Counted from the stretch's first letter, positions 7,817 to 18,713 are shown. The stretch is 58,689 bases of DNA from a virus (IMGVR_UViG_3300010412_000016:1-58689); one strand, 5' to 3'. Numbers and translations: made by a program. Notes: generated from the sequence alone by a model not told the origin.

Positions 7817-8377
7817 ATGCTTGTAGATGATATATACAACCAACGATGTGTAGAACCGGGTGACATATACGAATTACTTCCATTATTATACAAATACGCA
7901 TCAAAATGTTCACATGTAACGGAATTTGGTGTAAGGTCATTGGTATCTACATATGCACTTTTGGCAGCAAGACCGCATACTGTTATTTCGTATGATCATA
8001 TTCATCCAGACGCAACCGGAGGTAATTTACAACAAGCCATCGATGCCGCGACCGAAGCTGGTGTTACGTTTATTTTTCGGCAAGAAGATACATTACGTAT
8101 CACTATTGAACCAACAGATATGTTATTTATTGATACACTACACACGTATGATCAATTAAAACAAGAATTAGCACTTCATGCAGATAAAGTACGAAAATAT
8201 TTAGTATTTCATGACACTTCTATAGATTCGTGGGGAATGGGTGGAGAATTGAATAGTTTCGGATTGTGGTTCGCCATTAAAGAATTTCTCAGAGACAATC
8301 CAAATTGGGATGTACTTGAAAAAGTTGAGTATTGTGCTGGATTGACTGTTCTAGTTAAAGATGAATTTACTAAATAA
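7817..8377 (+). CDS. class I SAM-dependent methyltransferase (Methyltransf_24-like)
   Basis: VTEFGVR, DMLFIDTLHTY, LVFHDT motifs. Confidence 0.8.
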   Translation: MLVDDIYNQRCVEPGDIYELLPLLYKYASKCSHVTEFGVRSLVSTYALLAARPHTVISYDHIHPDATGGNLQQAIDAATEAGVTFIFRQEDTLRITIEPTDMLFIDTLHTYDQLKQELALHADKVRKYLVFHDTSIDSWGMGGELNSFGLWFAIKEFLRDNPNWDVLEKVEYCAGLTVLVKDEFTK

Positions 8378-8379
8378 AT

Positions 8380-8579
8380 TGAAACTGAACTATCGCACTA
8401 CGGTGAGGAAGCTCGGAACACTCCCGAACCCCGTGGGAGAGAATTCCCTCGATAATACCACGAGATACCGCAAGGGGGAGTGCAACGCAAACAAGACGAG
8501 ATAAGGTTCATTCGTTGAGTCTGGGTCGCGGCCATAAGACAGATGATAGTTTAAAACAGAATTCCGGCTACTAGTTTCA
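8380..8579 (+). ncRNA. rnpB: RNase P RNA, minimal (reduced specificity domain)
   Basis: P1 TGAAACTG/TAGTTTCA; P2 AACTATC/GATAGTT; GAGGAAGCTCGGAAC (8405-8419) pairs with AACAGAATTCCGGCTA (8555-8570) to form P4 with its bulged U; CACTCCC/GGGAGTG. Confidence 0.85.
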
Positions 8580-8609
8580 CTTAGTTTCACTATCATAGAA
8601 AGGAAAGTT

Positions 8610-9035
8610 ATGATATTATATACTGGGGGCACATTTGATTTATTTCATGCTGGTCATGCAAATTTTCTCTATCATTGTAAAAAAATTGTTGGAGATAGCG
8701 GTAAGGTTATAGTAGCACTTAATACCAACGATTTCGTGCTACGAACCAAAGAAGTACAAATTATTCCCTACGAAGAACGAAAAAGGGTACTAGAGGCATG
8801 TAAATATGTTGATCAAGTAATATGTAATGAAACGGACGAGGATTCAAAACCCACCATTCTAAAAGTAATGCCAAATTTTATCGCCATCGGAACTGATTGG
8901 GCTGTCCGTGATTATTACACACAGATGCAATTCACCCAAAAATGGTTGGATTCACTTAATATAACTTTACTTTATATACCATATTATACTGGAATATCCA
9001 GTACACAAATTAGAGATCTTTTATTAGGAAAATAG
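8610..9035 (+). CDS. cytidylyltransferase (TagD/RfaE-C family)
   Basis: GGTFDLFHAGH (HxGH), YVD.V, GISSTQIR. Confidence 0.9.
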   Translation: MILYTGGTFDLFHAGHANFLYHCKKIVGDSGKVIVALNTNDFVLRTKEVQIIPYEERKRVLEACKYVDQVICNETDEDSKPTILKVMPNFIAIGTDWAVRDYYTQMQFTQKWLDSLNITLLYIPYYTGISSTQIRDLLLGK

Positions 9036-9036
9036 T

Positions 9037-9708
9037 ATGTCACTATCAAACATCTCGTTTGCTATTGCCACAGTAGAAACTTATAAAGAAACAACCATTC
9101 CTGTCGTAATTAATAGTTTACGATTAAATGATATTTCATCAGAGCAAATTCATGTGTTTGTCAACAGTAGCACTAAAAATTCCGACGAAATTGTTGATGG
9201 GATCAATTATCACTATAATGTGGGATTAAGTTATTTTGAATGGATTAACCCAAAACTTATTATTGAACGTAACTTAAAATCAGATTGGTGGTTTTTATTA
9301 CACGATACCGTAGAGTTCGGACTTCGGACGCAAACCGTATTAAAAACTTTCGCCGCAATATCGGACACCAACTGTGGTATTATTAAATTAACCCCGACAC
9401 ATAGTAACAGTATTGGAATGTTACGTCAGCGGATTTTTGATACACATCAAAATTTCTTTTTTGACAAACTTCGATCATTAGATACTATCCATGACGTATT
9501 AGAACGTAAACGATGGTGTATTAAAAATGAAAATTCATTTCTACATTTAGAACCATTTTCATTTTTTCAATCGGATAATGCAATACAAGTGCCAAACCAA
9601 TCAATATATGATACAAAACGAATACGAGAGTATTTTCACGGTATTGACATGATTAAATGGAAAAAGAATAATAGCGGGTACGCTGCAGTTCGTGATGTAC
9701 AACTATGA
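9037..9708 (+). CDS. putative GT-A fold glycosyltransferase-like protein
   Basis: WWFLLHDT (DxD-like position); operon with glycosyltransferases. Confidence 0.5.
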   Translation: MSLSNISFAIATVETYKETTIPVVINSLRLNDISSEQIHVFVNSSTKNSDEIVDGINYHYNVGLSYFEWINPKLIIERNLKSDWWFLLHDTVEFGLRTQTVLKTFAAISDTNCGIIKLTPTHSNSIGMLRQRIFDTHQNFFFDKLRSLDTIHDVLERKRWCIKNENSFLHLEPFSFFQSDNAIQVPNQSIYDTKRIREYFHGIDMIKWKKNNSGYAAVRDVQL

Positions 9709-10400
9709 TTAGTGTAATTATTCCTACTATATGGTTACATCCAGATGCGGTGCATCACATTATCAATCAGTTAATATTAGAATCTTCTATAGGTGAAATT
9801 ATACTCATTAACAATAACAGAAACTATGAGAATTCATCCATTCCAAATCATCCAAAATTGGTATTGGTGGTTCCAGAAAAAAACATTGGTTGTAATCCAG
9901 CGTGGAATATCGGGGCGAAGATGGCATCCTTTGACAAATTGTTTTTTCTGAGTGATGATTTTGCTTTTGATTTTTCTATATGTAAATATATTGAACCCCA
10001 TATAACAGAAACCCGAGGACTAATACTATCTAACACAAATAGTTCGTCTAATGACATGCCAATACGACTTGTTCCCGCAAATTGGCCGGAAAATAGAACG
10101 TTGGGTTGGGCAAGTGGATTTTTTGTACATAAAAAAGTTTATAATCCTATTCCAGAACAACTAAAAGTTTACTGTGGAGATAATTGGTTATTGGATACCA
10201 TTCCATATCCACATTATATGATTCACGGAGTTTCTTTTAATAAGTACTTTTCATACTCGGTGAATTTCGTTCGTAATTTAGGCCCACACCACCCATTGTA
10301 TATTGATTTCTCCGGCGATCAGATTGAATATGAAAATATTAAAAAACAAATGATTGTACCAGATAGAATTAAAGCCAACGAAGTGATATCACTAATATGA
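9705..10400 (+). CDS. glycosyltransferase family 2
   Basis: ISVIIPT, NIGCNPAWNIG, FLSDD, YCGDNW. Confidence 0.85.
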   Translation: MISVIIPTIWLHPDAVHHIINQLILESSIGEIILINNNRNYENSSIPNHPKLVLVVPEKNIGCNPAWNIGAKMASFDKLFFLSDDFAFDFSICKYIEPHITETRGLILSNTNSSSNDMPIRLVPANWPENRTLGWASGFFVHKKVYNPIPEQLKVYCGDNWLLDTIPYPHYMIHGVSFNKYFSYSVNFVRNLGPHHPLYIDFSGDQIEYENIKKQMIVPDRIKANEVISLI

Positions 10401-11155
10401 TAGATATCGTTATTAATTACTGCTCCATAGATTTTCGATTCATTGAAACTAATATTCGTGAATGCTTAAAATTTTCGAATAATATTATTATTCCCGTATG
10501 CGACCATTTGTTCAATGGTGAACCAGAAAATGATGATATTTTACAACAAACATATCAATTACAAACTTTATCACCATCAATCAAATTTTTACAATACACA
10601 TGGAATGAAAATGAAACTGCAAAATACCACCACAACCTTTCTAGATGGATTGGATATGAAAAAAGTACAACTCCATATATTTTGTTTCTGGATGCCGATG
10701 AAATTATGGATGGTGATCTAACACGACAGTACTTTGATAGTAAATCATATGATGGGATGGATGTAATAGCATTCAAATGCTATTGGTATTTTAGAGAACC
10801 AACATATAGAGCGAAACGTACAGAAATGGCAGCAACACTTCGAAGTGAGCGTTCGTGTATTCATGATTTAATTTTTCACCCTCAGGAACGATGGGCATAT
10901 AGAGGTTATAGTGGTTTACGGGTTCGTGAAGAAGAAACGTACGATAATAAAATTTTATGTCATCATTATTCGTGGGTACGAACTGAAAAGGAAATGCTAA
11001 AAAAAGTTGCTACTTGGGCACACTCAACCGATAAAAATTGGACAAGTTTAGTAAAAGAAGAATTTGGTAGGGAATTCAATGGAACTGATTTTGTACATGG
11101 ATATCAATATGATATACTACCTTCATTAGAATCCCCATTGACAAAAGTATCATAA
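10397..11155 (+). CDS. GT2-like glycosyltransferase
   Basis: YILFLDADE DxD motif; HHYSWVR. Confidence 0.7.
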   Translation: MIDIVINYCSIDFRFIETNIRECLKFSNNIIIPVCDHLFNGEPENDDILQQTYQLQTLSPSIKFLQYTWNENETAKYHHNLSRWIGYEKSTTPYILFLDADEIMDGDLTRQYFDSKSYDGMDVIAFKCYWYFREPTYRAKRTEMAATLRSERSCIHDLIFHPQERWAYRGYSGLRVREEETYDNKILCHHYSWVRTEKEMLKKVATWAHSTDKNWTSLVKEEFGREFNGTDFVHGYQYDILPSLESPLTKVS

Positions 11156-11166
11156 TGTATTATATT
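11138..11166 (+). promoter_or_regulatory. sigma70-type promoter
   Basis: TTGACA-N17-TATATT. Confidence 0.8.
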
Positions 11167-11193
11167 TAACAATGATTTAGAAGGATTGATAAT

Positions 11194-11865
11194 ATGATTA
11201 TTTTAATTGGTGACGTTCATGGTCGATTCGGGGTATTTGACCGACTGGCTGCACTTTTACCATCGTCAGAAATCAACGGTGAACAAATCACGGTAATTCA
11301 AGTGGGTGATTTTGGTATTTGGCCGGGATGGGAGCAGACTTGGCCGACAAATTTACCGTGGCCAGTTTATTTCATTGATGGAAATCATGAACATTCTCCT
11401 ACTATTAAAAACTGGACTGATTCTAATGAAGGGAAAAAAGAACCAATTCAAGTTCATACCAATCTTTTTTATATCCCCCGTGGTACAGTCATGAATCTTG
11501 AAAACAAAACGTTTGGATTTATGGGTGGGGGAGACTCCATTGATTACAAATGGAGAACACTTGGTGAAGATTGGTTTCATGAAGAACGAGTACAACGTAC
11601 TGATCTTGATCCACTTCTCAATCAAAAAATTGATGTGTTGGTAACACACGTTCCTCCAGCAATAATGCTACAAAGAGCATTTCCACCATTAGTTTTAGAA
11701 AACTGGGGATTGTCAGTGTGGGATGATGTATCTGCCGATCAGATTAATTTTTTATGGAAAGAATTAGGATGCCCCAATCTTTATTGTGGTCATATGCATC
11801 AGATTGTACAATGGAATAATTGTCGAGTATTAGCAGAAAACGAAATACTTGAATTAAAATTATAG
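11194..11865 (+). CDS. calcineurin-like metallophosphoesterase
   Basis: GDVHG, VGDFG, DGNHE, VTH, GHMH motifs. Confidence 0.9.
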   Translation: MIILIGDVHGRFGVFDRLAALLPSSEINGEQITVIQVGDFGIWPGWEQTWPTNLPWPVYFIDGNHEHSPTIKNWTDSNEGKKEPIQVHTNLFYIPRGTVMNLENKTFGFMGGGDSIDYKWRTLGEDWFHEERVQRTDLDPLLNQKIDVLVTHVPPAIMLQRAFPPLVLENWGLSVWDDVSADQINFLWKELGCPNLYCGHMHQIVQWNNCRVLAENEILELKL

Positions 11866-11875
11866 GGGGTGATCC

Positions 11876-12157
11876 ATCATAACAAACGTATATAGAGTTT
11901 CCGTACACCATGATCATGCCGACACGCCATCCCATCATAAGGCACTTACACGAGTTGTACCGAATTTAACAAGTGCTATAAACTTGGTAAGAATGATGGG
12001 AGATCACTACGAAAAGTTTTACAACGACAACCCAGAAACAGATGATCATGTAAAGGTTACAATATCTATTATACCAACTGAATCTGTATCTCGGGTGGAA
12101 TCTGATTGCGTGTCCCGTACAATGACTGGTAATGCACCCACAACACTACTTAGATAA
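11876..12157 (+). CDS. hypothetical protein with a probable non-AUG (ATC/ATA) start
   Basis: 94-codon stop-free frame filling the gap, preceded by SD-like GGGGGTGA; first ATG only at codon ~40. Confidence 0.45.
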   Translation: MITNVYRVSVHHDHADTPSHHKALTRVVPNLTSAINLVRMMGDHYEKFYNDNPETDDHVKVTISIIPTESVSRVESDCVSRTMTGNAPTTLLR

Positions 12158-12180
12158 TATAAATTGTATCAAGGAGTGTT

Positions 12181-12441
12181 GTGGGTAACAATAATCGTCG
12201 TTTAACTTCTTATCAACTTATAAAAGAAATTCGAGAGGACTTGAATTTTACAAAAATCAAATTAGATTTATTCATACGTTATGGAATAGGATCATCAAAT
12301 GATGAATTATTGAATGATGATAAAACGTATGATTGGTTTAATTATCTCCATTGGAGAAAAGAACGAATGAACAGAGAGACTGGAAAAAGCGAGGTAATTG
12401 CATGGGATTTCCAAAAAAGAGAAGAGGACGACGAAAAATAG
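12181..12441 (+). CDS. hypothetical protein
   Basis: AAGGAG RBS, GTG start. Confidence 0.6.
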   Translation: MGNNNRRLTSYQLIKEIREDLNFTKIKLDLFIRYGIGSSNDELLNDDKTYDWFNYLHWRKERMNRETGKSEVIAWDFQKREEDDEK

Positions 12442-12485
12442 GTTCTAAAAAACGAAAGAATCGTAAAAAGAACAAAAAGCGTTAG
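12402..12485 (+). CDS. very basic 27-aa peptide MGFPKKRRGRRKIGSKKRKNRKKNKKR
   Basis: GAGGT RBS 6 nt before ATG; 17 of 27 residues are K/R. Confidence 0.55.
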   Translation: MGFPKKRRGRRKIGSKKRKNRKKNKKR

Positions 12486-12506
12486 TCAAATACTAATGTT
12501 TATTAA

Positions 12507-13796
<1,290 letters not shown>

Positions 13797-13810
13797 CCGT
13801 GGGGGTTAAA

Positions 13811-14065
13811 ATGGAGTTGAAAAATTCTAAAATATATTCCTCGTTTCAGTTTTTATTTCAGGTAATCGGTCCACTTCTACTACTCGGTGCTCTTGGAATC
13901 TACTGGATTCCGAAACAGATGAAAGAAAAGAAACTTGCATACAAAGCGGAACAGGAAGTAACCTGCCCGTCTTTATTAAGTATTGCTCGTTCGGCACGCG
14001 ACACACTGATTGTTATGCGAGACAAATCCATGTGTACGGAATATATGTTAAAGCATCTAAAGTAA
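13811..14065 (+). CDS. membrane-anchored hypothetical protein
   Basis: One N-terminal hydrophobic segment. Confidence 0.6.
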   Translation: MELKNSKIYSSFQFLFQVIGPLLLLGALGIYWIPKQMKEKKLAYKAEQEVTCPSLLSIARSARDTLIVMRDKSMCTEYMLKHLK

Positions 14066-14130
14066 TCGTAATCTTAATTATATCTCTATTTATACACACA
14101 ATATATGGCCGTTTTTAATAGAGATATTTT

Positions 14131-14325
14131 ATGCAAAATTCATCACAACGAGCACGAAAACATTTTTGTGTAGCAATGTTTGGAATGGGTTTATTTTGTG
14201 GACTTACTATACACGGCGATAGTATTGCGCATAACATAGTAATCACTATATTTGGTATGTTGGTTTTTTACATTACCGATGTCGCAGTAAACAAAATGGG
14301 AACAGTTAAACACACATCTAGATAA
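14131..14325 (+). CDS. small two-TM membrane protein
   Basis: Two hydrophobic segments; TATTTATA motif at 14087-14094. Confidence 0.5.
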   Translation: MQNSSQRARKHFCVAMFGMGLFCGLTIHGDSIAHNIVITIFGMLVFYITDVAVNKMGTVKHTSR

Positions 14326-14363
14326 AATACCCATGTGTTTACCGCGAATTAGAGATTACTACT

Positions 14364-14780
14364 ATGGATTCCCTCGTTAACATTTTGGCAAGTCAAGAAC
14401 AACTGTGGGTGACAATTTTAGCTGTTTCTGCAGTTGGCTTAGGCAAAATTTTAGAAAAATTCTTAAACAAGGATGTACAAGAATTAAATGAATCATTAGA
14501 AATGCGAAAAGCATTACGTGAGGAAGTTAATTCATTGCACACACAATTAAAAGAAATTAACGATGACTTAGATTCAGAACGAGATGATGCCGACGAATGG
14601 CGTTCGAAATTCTGGAAGGAAGTACAATTAAATTCGGAACATCAACTTAAAATTTTGCAATTAAAGCAAGACCTAGAAGATACTAAGTCGGAACTACAAG
14701 ATTATAAGGAATTAGCATTACGGTTAACTTCTCCTCAAGCATCACCAAGATTATTATCTGGAGAAATTTCACAAGAATGA
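14364..14780 (+). CDS. membrane-anchored coiled-coil protein
   Basis: N-terminal TM followed by a heptad-rich region. Confidence 0.6.
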   Translation: MDSLVNILASQEQLWVTILAVSAVGLGKILEKFLNKDVQELNESLEMRKALREEVNSLHTQLKEINDDLDSERDDADEWRSKFWKEVQLNSEHQLKILQLKQDLEDTKSELQDYKELALRLTSPQASPRLLSGEISQE

Positions 14781-15088
14781 TTGTTTATACTATAACTGTA
14801 ATTGATATCAACGACAGAAAAAACATCTTAGGAGTTCGTAGAACCCCGGCCATCTTTTCAACACTACAAGCAGCAGCTTTTACAGTTCGTAATAACATTG
14901 GTGATTTATCTGATGGTGGTTTATACTTGTATGCGGTTATTGAAGAATCACTACTCAATGAAGTCCGTCCCAATATTGAAAGACAATCAAAACAACTATG
15001 GTTTAGATATAATTGTGTACTACAAGAATATGAACCTATTTTAAAGCCGGAACAATTCAAAAATCAATTTGGATTTGGAATAGGTTGA
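14777..15088 (+). CDS. hypothetical protein
   Basis: ATGA overlap, GGAG RBS. Confidence 0.65.
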   Translation: MIVYTITVIDINDRKNILGVRRTPAIFSTLQAAAFTVRNNIGDLSDGGLYLYAVIEESLLNEVRPNIERQSKQLWFRYNCVLQEYEPILKPEQFKNQFGFGIG

Positions 15089-15113
15089 CAAACGTACATG
15101 AAGTCGTTATATT
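15085..15113 (+). promoter_or_regulatory. sigma70-type promoter
   Basis: TTGACA-N17-TATATT. Confidence 0.8.
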
Positions 15114-15139
15114 TAAAGTGTAAATTATAGAAGGTTATT

Positions 15140-15541
15140 ATGAATACTATATTTTTAGTTGGACTGACAGTTTTTAATGTTATTTTCGTAGTATTAAATT
15201 TTGCTCTATTACTTTTTATTCTTAACTACTTTCATAAAGTGATGGAACAACTGAGTATATTACGATATACCTACGAAAAAGTTTTTAAGATGGAAAGTAT
15301 ATTACAGCACATGCAAATGAGTGTAATGACCGAACCATATATGTCAGAAAGTACTGCTAGAGCTATTAGAACCCCCGGTGGAATTGTTATGGCGACTTCA
15401 CTGGAAGATTTTTTACGTAAAATTAACAATGATCCCATGTTCAAGGGAATTAGTAAAGAACAACTAGAAGAACTACGTAGGTTATTTGAAGAACACAATG
15501 ACCCGGATGGAGATTTTGATGACGACGAAAAATCGCAATAA
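15140..15541 (+). CDS. membrane-anchored hypothetical protein
   Basis: N-terminal TM, acidic tail. Confidence 0.65.
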   Translation: MNTIFLVGLTVFNVIFVVLNFALLLFILNYFHKVMEQLSILRYTYEKVFKMESILQHMQMSVMTEPYMSESTARAIRTPGGIVMATSLEDFLRKINNDPMFKGISKEQLEELRRLFEEHNDPDGDFDDDEKSQ

Positions 15542-15725
15542 GAAAAATAAAACACTGGCAGAAATGTCAGTTAAAGATGTGGAACGTTTGGCTAGAAAAG
15601 CTTTAAAAAAAGCAGGACTAAAAATTAAGAATAATACTGTATATTCATCAGAAGTTGACGATAGAATACCATCCGAAGCTGATAAGATGTTTCGGGAAAT
15701 GGCTCGTCGACCGTTTGAGGATTAA
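15519..15725 (+). CDS. hypothetical basic protein
   Basis: GGAG RBS before ATG 15519. Confidence 0.55.
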   Translation: MTTKNRNKKNKTLAEMSVKDVERLARKALKKAGLKIKNNTVYSSEVDDRIPSEADKMFREMARRPFED

Positions 15726-15873
15726 TCCTCACTACTTATAACTAAACTAGATTGCGCGCAAATACTCTTAACGTAAATCCTTTATATCTTAGTTAAAAAA
15801 GGGATATTCGTCTTGCCTACTGAAATTTCTATTATAAAAGAAAAAGTAAGCAAAAAGAAAAGAAAAAACTAAA

Positions 15874-16212
15874 ATGTTATATAAATCTATTTCTGAACAG
15901 TTTCCCGGTTGGAGTTTTATAGAAACAGAATTAAAACCAATCGCAGAACTCTCACTTTTAAAATTAGATAAAATAGATATAAACAAACATGGACTTCTGG
16001 AAATAAAGTTTCTGGAAACGGACGATTGTATTCGTAATAATCTGGGCAATATTTTAGAATGGTATTATCAACGCCGGGCGGCGGAATATTGCCAGCAGTG
16101 TGGGAATTCCGGATATCGTAGAAAGATATTTCCTGATGTTCCCACTTTATGTCACCGTTGTTATGTCTTCAGATATAACGACTACTTTGATGAAATCAAC
16201 AAGGAGCAATAA
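15874..16212 (+). CDS. Zn-ribbon protein
   Basis: CQQCG...TLCHRC. Confidence 0.65.
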   Translation: MLYKSISEQFPGWSFIETELKPIAELSLLKLDKIDINKHGLLEIKFLETDDCIRNNLGNILEWYYQRRAAEYCQQCGNSGYRRKIFPDVPTLCHRCYVFRYNDYFDEINKEQ

Positions 16213-16485
16213 ATGTTCTATCAAAACGATGATGTTAAGCCGGCGGTATTAATGTGTGAAAGTCTTTTAGGTCCCAACGGAAGGATTGTTGAGAACGGTA
16301 TTAAAAATTTGGCAGTGGCGACAGATGCCTTTGGAAAAATCTGGTATGGCGATATGGATGGACCTAACTTGGATGTGGACACATTGCAAAAAATTGCTAA
16401 TGTACTTTCAGTTCAAGTACATTTACTTGATAGTACAGGGTACGGTCGGCCTATTCATACGTTCTATCCTTCAACAGCTGCATGA
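16213..16485 (+). CDS. hypothetical protein
   Basis: AAGGAG RBS; GKIWYGD motif. Confidence 0.65.
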   Translation: MFYQNDDVKPAVLMCESLLGPNGRIVENGIKNLAVATDAFGKIWYGDMDGPNLDVDTLQKIANVLSVQVHLLDSTGYGRPIHTFYPSTAA

Positions 16486-17237
16486 AAATAGCTCTCTGTC
16501 TTTCTGGCCAACCTAGAGGATTGCGGGCATTTGAATACGTAGAACGTAATCTGTTGAGTCAGTACGATGTGGATGTGTTCTGTCATATGTGGACACATCC
16601 GAATCCAAAACTGGCAACCCAACATTTTTCATTTATAATAAACAACTATCATCCTAGAGCTATTGTAGCAGACCAAGAATGGGACTCTACGGTTGGACAC
16701 AAATATACACGAGTAACAATGCCGGAATGGTATCCTGCTCATTTTACACTTGCATATCATTATTCGTTGTATACAGCGAACCAATTAAAAAAGGTCGCAG
16801 AAGAAGAAAACGGCAGAAAATATGATGTGGTAATACGTTCTAGATATGATTATGCCATTAATTTTATTATTCCAGTTAATGACGTTGTGGAAGGAAAAGT
16901 TTATGTACCGTCAGACAGAATGAACGAAGCTCATGATTTTTGTAATCCTGAATTCGCATACGGAACATCTACAGTAATGGACAAATATAGTGCCACTCAT
17001 CTGTACATTGACGAATATTACAATGGTGGAGCATCTATTATAGGAGAAGATTTATTACAGGCAAATTTACGCAAGCACAATTTAATTGGCGAAAATTTAG
17101 TATATGTTGATGTAAACAATCCATTTCCTCCCGGCGCATATAATGGAAATCCCCACTCTATTGTACGCGATGATATAATGGACTGGAAGGCCAAAGAATT
17201 GTTTTTCCTAGATAACACCAGACATAATAGAATATGA
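16482..17237 (+). CDS. putative glycosyltransferase-like protein, paralog of 3358..4062
   Basis: MKIALCLSGQPR...DVFCHMW...YDVVIRSRYD...FAYG. Confidence 0.65.
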   Translation: MKIALCLSGQPRGLRAFEYVERNLLSQYDVDVFCHMWTHPNPKLATQHFSFIINNYHPRAIVADQEWDSTVGHKYTRVTMPEWYPAHFTLAYHYSLYTANQLKKVAEEENGRKYDVVIRSRYDYAINFIIPVNDVVEGKVYVPSDRMNEAHDFCNPEFAYGTSTVMDKYSATHLYIDEYYNGGASIIGEDLLQANLRKHNLIGENLVYVDVNNPFPPGAYNGNPHSIVRDDIMDWKAKELFFLDNTRHNRI

Positions 17238-18259
17238 CATTATTTACAAGAGTTTTTAATAAGTGGCAGATTGATTATCAAAAAGGAGTCGCTGTAAAGT
17301 TCAGTGACAATCAAAAGATGCTGGATGAAATAGAATATTATCTGGAAATACAAAAGACTCCATTTAGTATTTATTTTCCCCGTGTTATTGATTATGAATT
17401 ACGCAGTGTCCGTCCTCCGTTTCATGGAAGTAAATTGGTATTCGAATGGTACAATTATGATGATCTGGGAAATTTTTACATTAAAAACATCCACGAACGA
17501 TTACATTTATATACCGACAGAAAAGACATATATCAGTGGACAGAAATTTTTACTTCGTTGCGTAGTATACTAAAAGAATTTGAAAATAGCGGATATATGT
17601 CTCCATCACTAAAGGGTAGTAAAAAGTTTTGTGAGGACATGTACTTGGGAAAAACACAGTATTATTATGACGAATTTAAACGAACCCAAGATTCGGAATT
17701 GTTTGATTCTTCAACTGTAACTTTAAATGGTGTAACATATCAGCATCTTGATACTCTGTGGGATTCTATTGTTGATTATGTTAAATTACAATTACTAGAT
17801 AATAGTGAACGTTATTGGGGTATAATACACGGAGATTTTTGCTTCAGTAACATTTTACGTGGTACGTCTGGCACATTGCGGTTTATTGATCCACGAGGAA
17901 GTTTTGGTGCAGTTGGAATTTATGGTGATCGACGATATGACATTGCTAAACTGTGGCATTCCGTTGACGGGTTATATGATCTGTTGAATCATGGTGAATT
18001 CACATTACAACGAGATGGTAAAAACGGTTGGAATTTACAATATCCAATTATTCCACCCAATGTGGATTTTATTAGAGATGAATTTTGTAAAATATTTTTT
18101 AGAGACGTTGCGTATGAAATTCAAATATCAATGATTACCGGTTTAATTTTTGTTGGTGCAGCCGCTCGTCATTATGAAAATAGAGATCGACAAATAGCTT
18201 TATATTTGACTGGTATAAAGTTATTAAATGAGGGGCTTGACAAATTCAAGCAAATGTGA
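17234..18259 (+). CDS. APH/choline-kinase-like phosphotransferase (capsule-cluster type)
   Basis: IHGDFCFSNI, FIDPRG, YDIAKL. Confidence 0.8.
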   Translation: MTLFTRVFNKWQIDYQKGVAVKFSDNQKMLDEIEYYLEIQKTPFSIYFPRVIDYELRSVRPPFHGSKLVFEWYNYDDLGNFYIKNIHERLHLYTDRKDIYQWTEIFTSLRSILKEFENSGYMSPSLKGSKKFCEDMYLGKTQYYYDEFKRTQDSELFDSSTVTLNGVTYQHLDTLWDSIVDYVKLQLLDNSERYWGIIHGDFCFSNILRGTSGTLRFIDPRGSFGAVGIYGDRRYDIAKLWHSVDGLYDLLNHGEFTLQRDGKNGWNLQYPIIPPNVDFIRDEFCKIFFRDVAYEIQISMITGLIFVGAAARHYENRDRQIALYLTGIKLLNEGLDKFKQM

Positions 18260-18265
18260 TACATT
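18237..18265 (+). promoter_or_regulatory. sigma70-type promoter
   Basis: TTGACA-N17-TACATT. Confidence 0.7.
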
Positions 18266-18320
18266 TATACACATACCGCGCCGGACGGATTCCGGTAATG
18301 ATAACAAAAGAGGTTATATT

Positions 18321-18623
18321 ATGGCACGTTCAAAGAACACTTTCACTCGTCCACGTAGTTTCACGAACAAGGAACGCGCACAGATGACAAACAAGATCCG
18401 TACGTATCTTCGTTCGTTGTCTAACCGTCGTTCGAATGGCTATGTTTCTGCCGACGATGTTCATACCTATCTTACTAGGGAGAACGTTCTTCCGGGTCAG
18501 GTTCGTACCCGTCTTTCGTTCATTAATTCGGTTCTTCGTGAACCCGATTTTGAACCAGTCGATACTGTTCCTTCCAGTCGACCGGCTGCGAAGGGCAGAA
18601 TGATTACGGCTTGGACAGCCTAA
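18321..18623 (+). CDS. small basic putative DNA-binding protein
   Basis: Arg-rich; GAGG RBS; own promoter and terminator. Confidence 0.6.
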   Translation: MARSKNTFTRPRSFTNKERAQMTNKIRTYLRSLSNRRSNGYVSADDVHTYLTRENVLPGQVRTRLSFINSVLREPDFEPVDTVPSSRPAAKGRMITAWTA

Positions 18624-18640
18624 GTCATAAAGTCTGACTG

Positions 18641-18682
18641 AATAGATAATGGTGTGAATTTACGTTCACACCATTTCTATTT
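18641..18682 (+). terminator. probable intrinsic terminator
   Basis: AATGGTGTGAA-TTTACG-TTCACACCATT hairpin with T-rich tail. Confidence 0.7.
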
Positions 18683-18713
18683 ATATTTATAGGTAGTTTT
18701 GTAAGGAGCTTTT

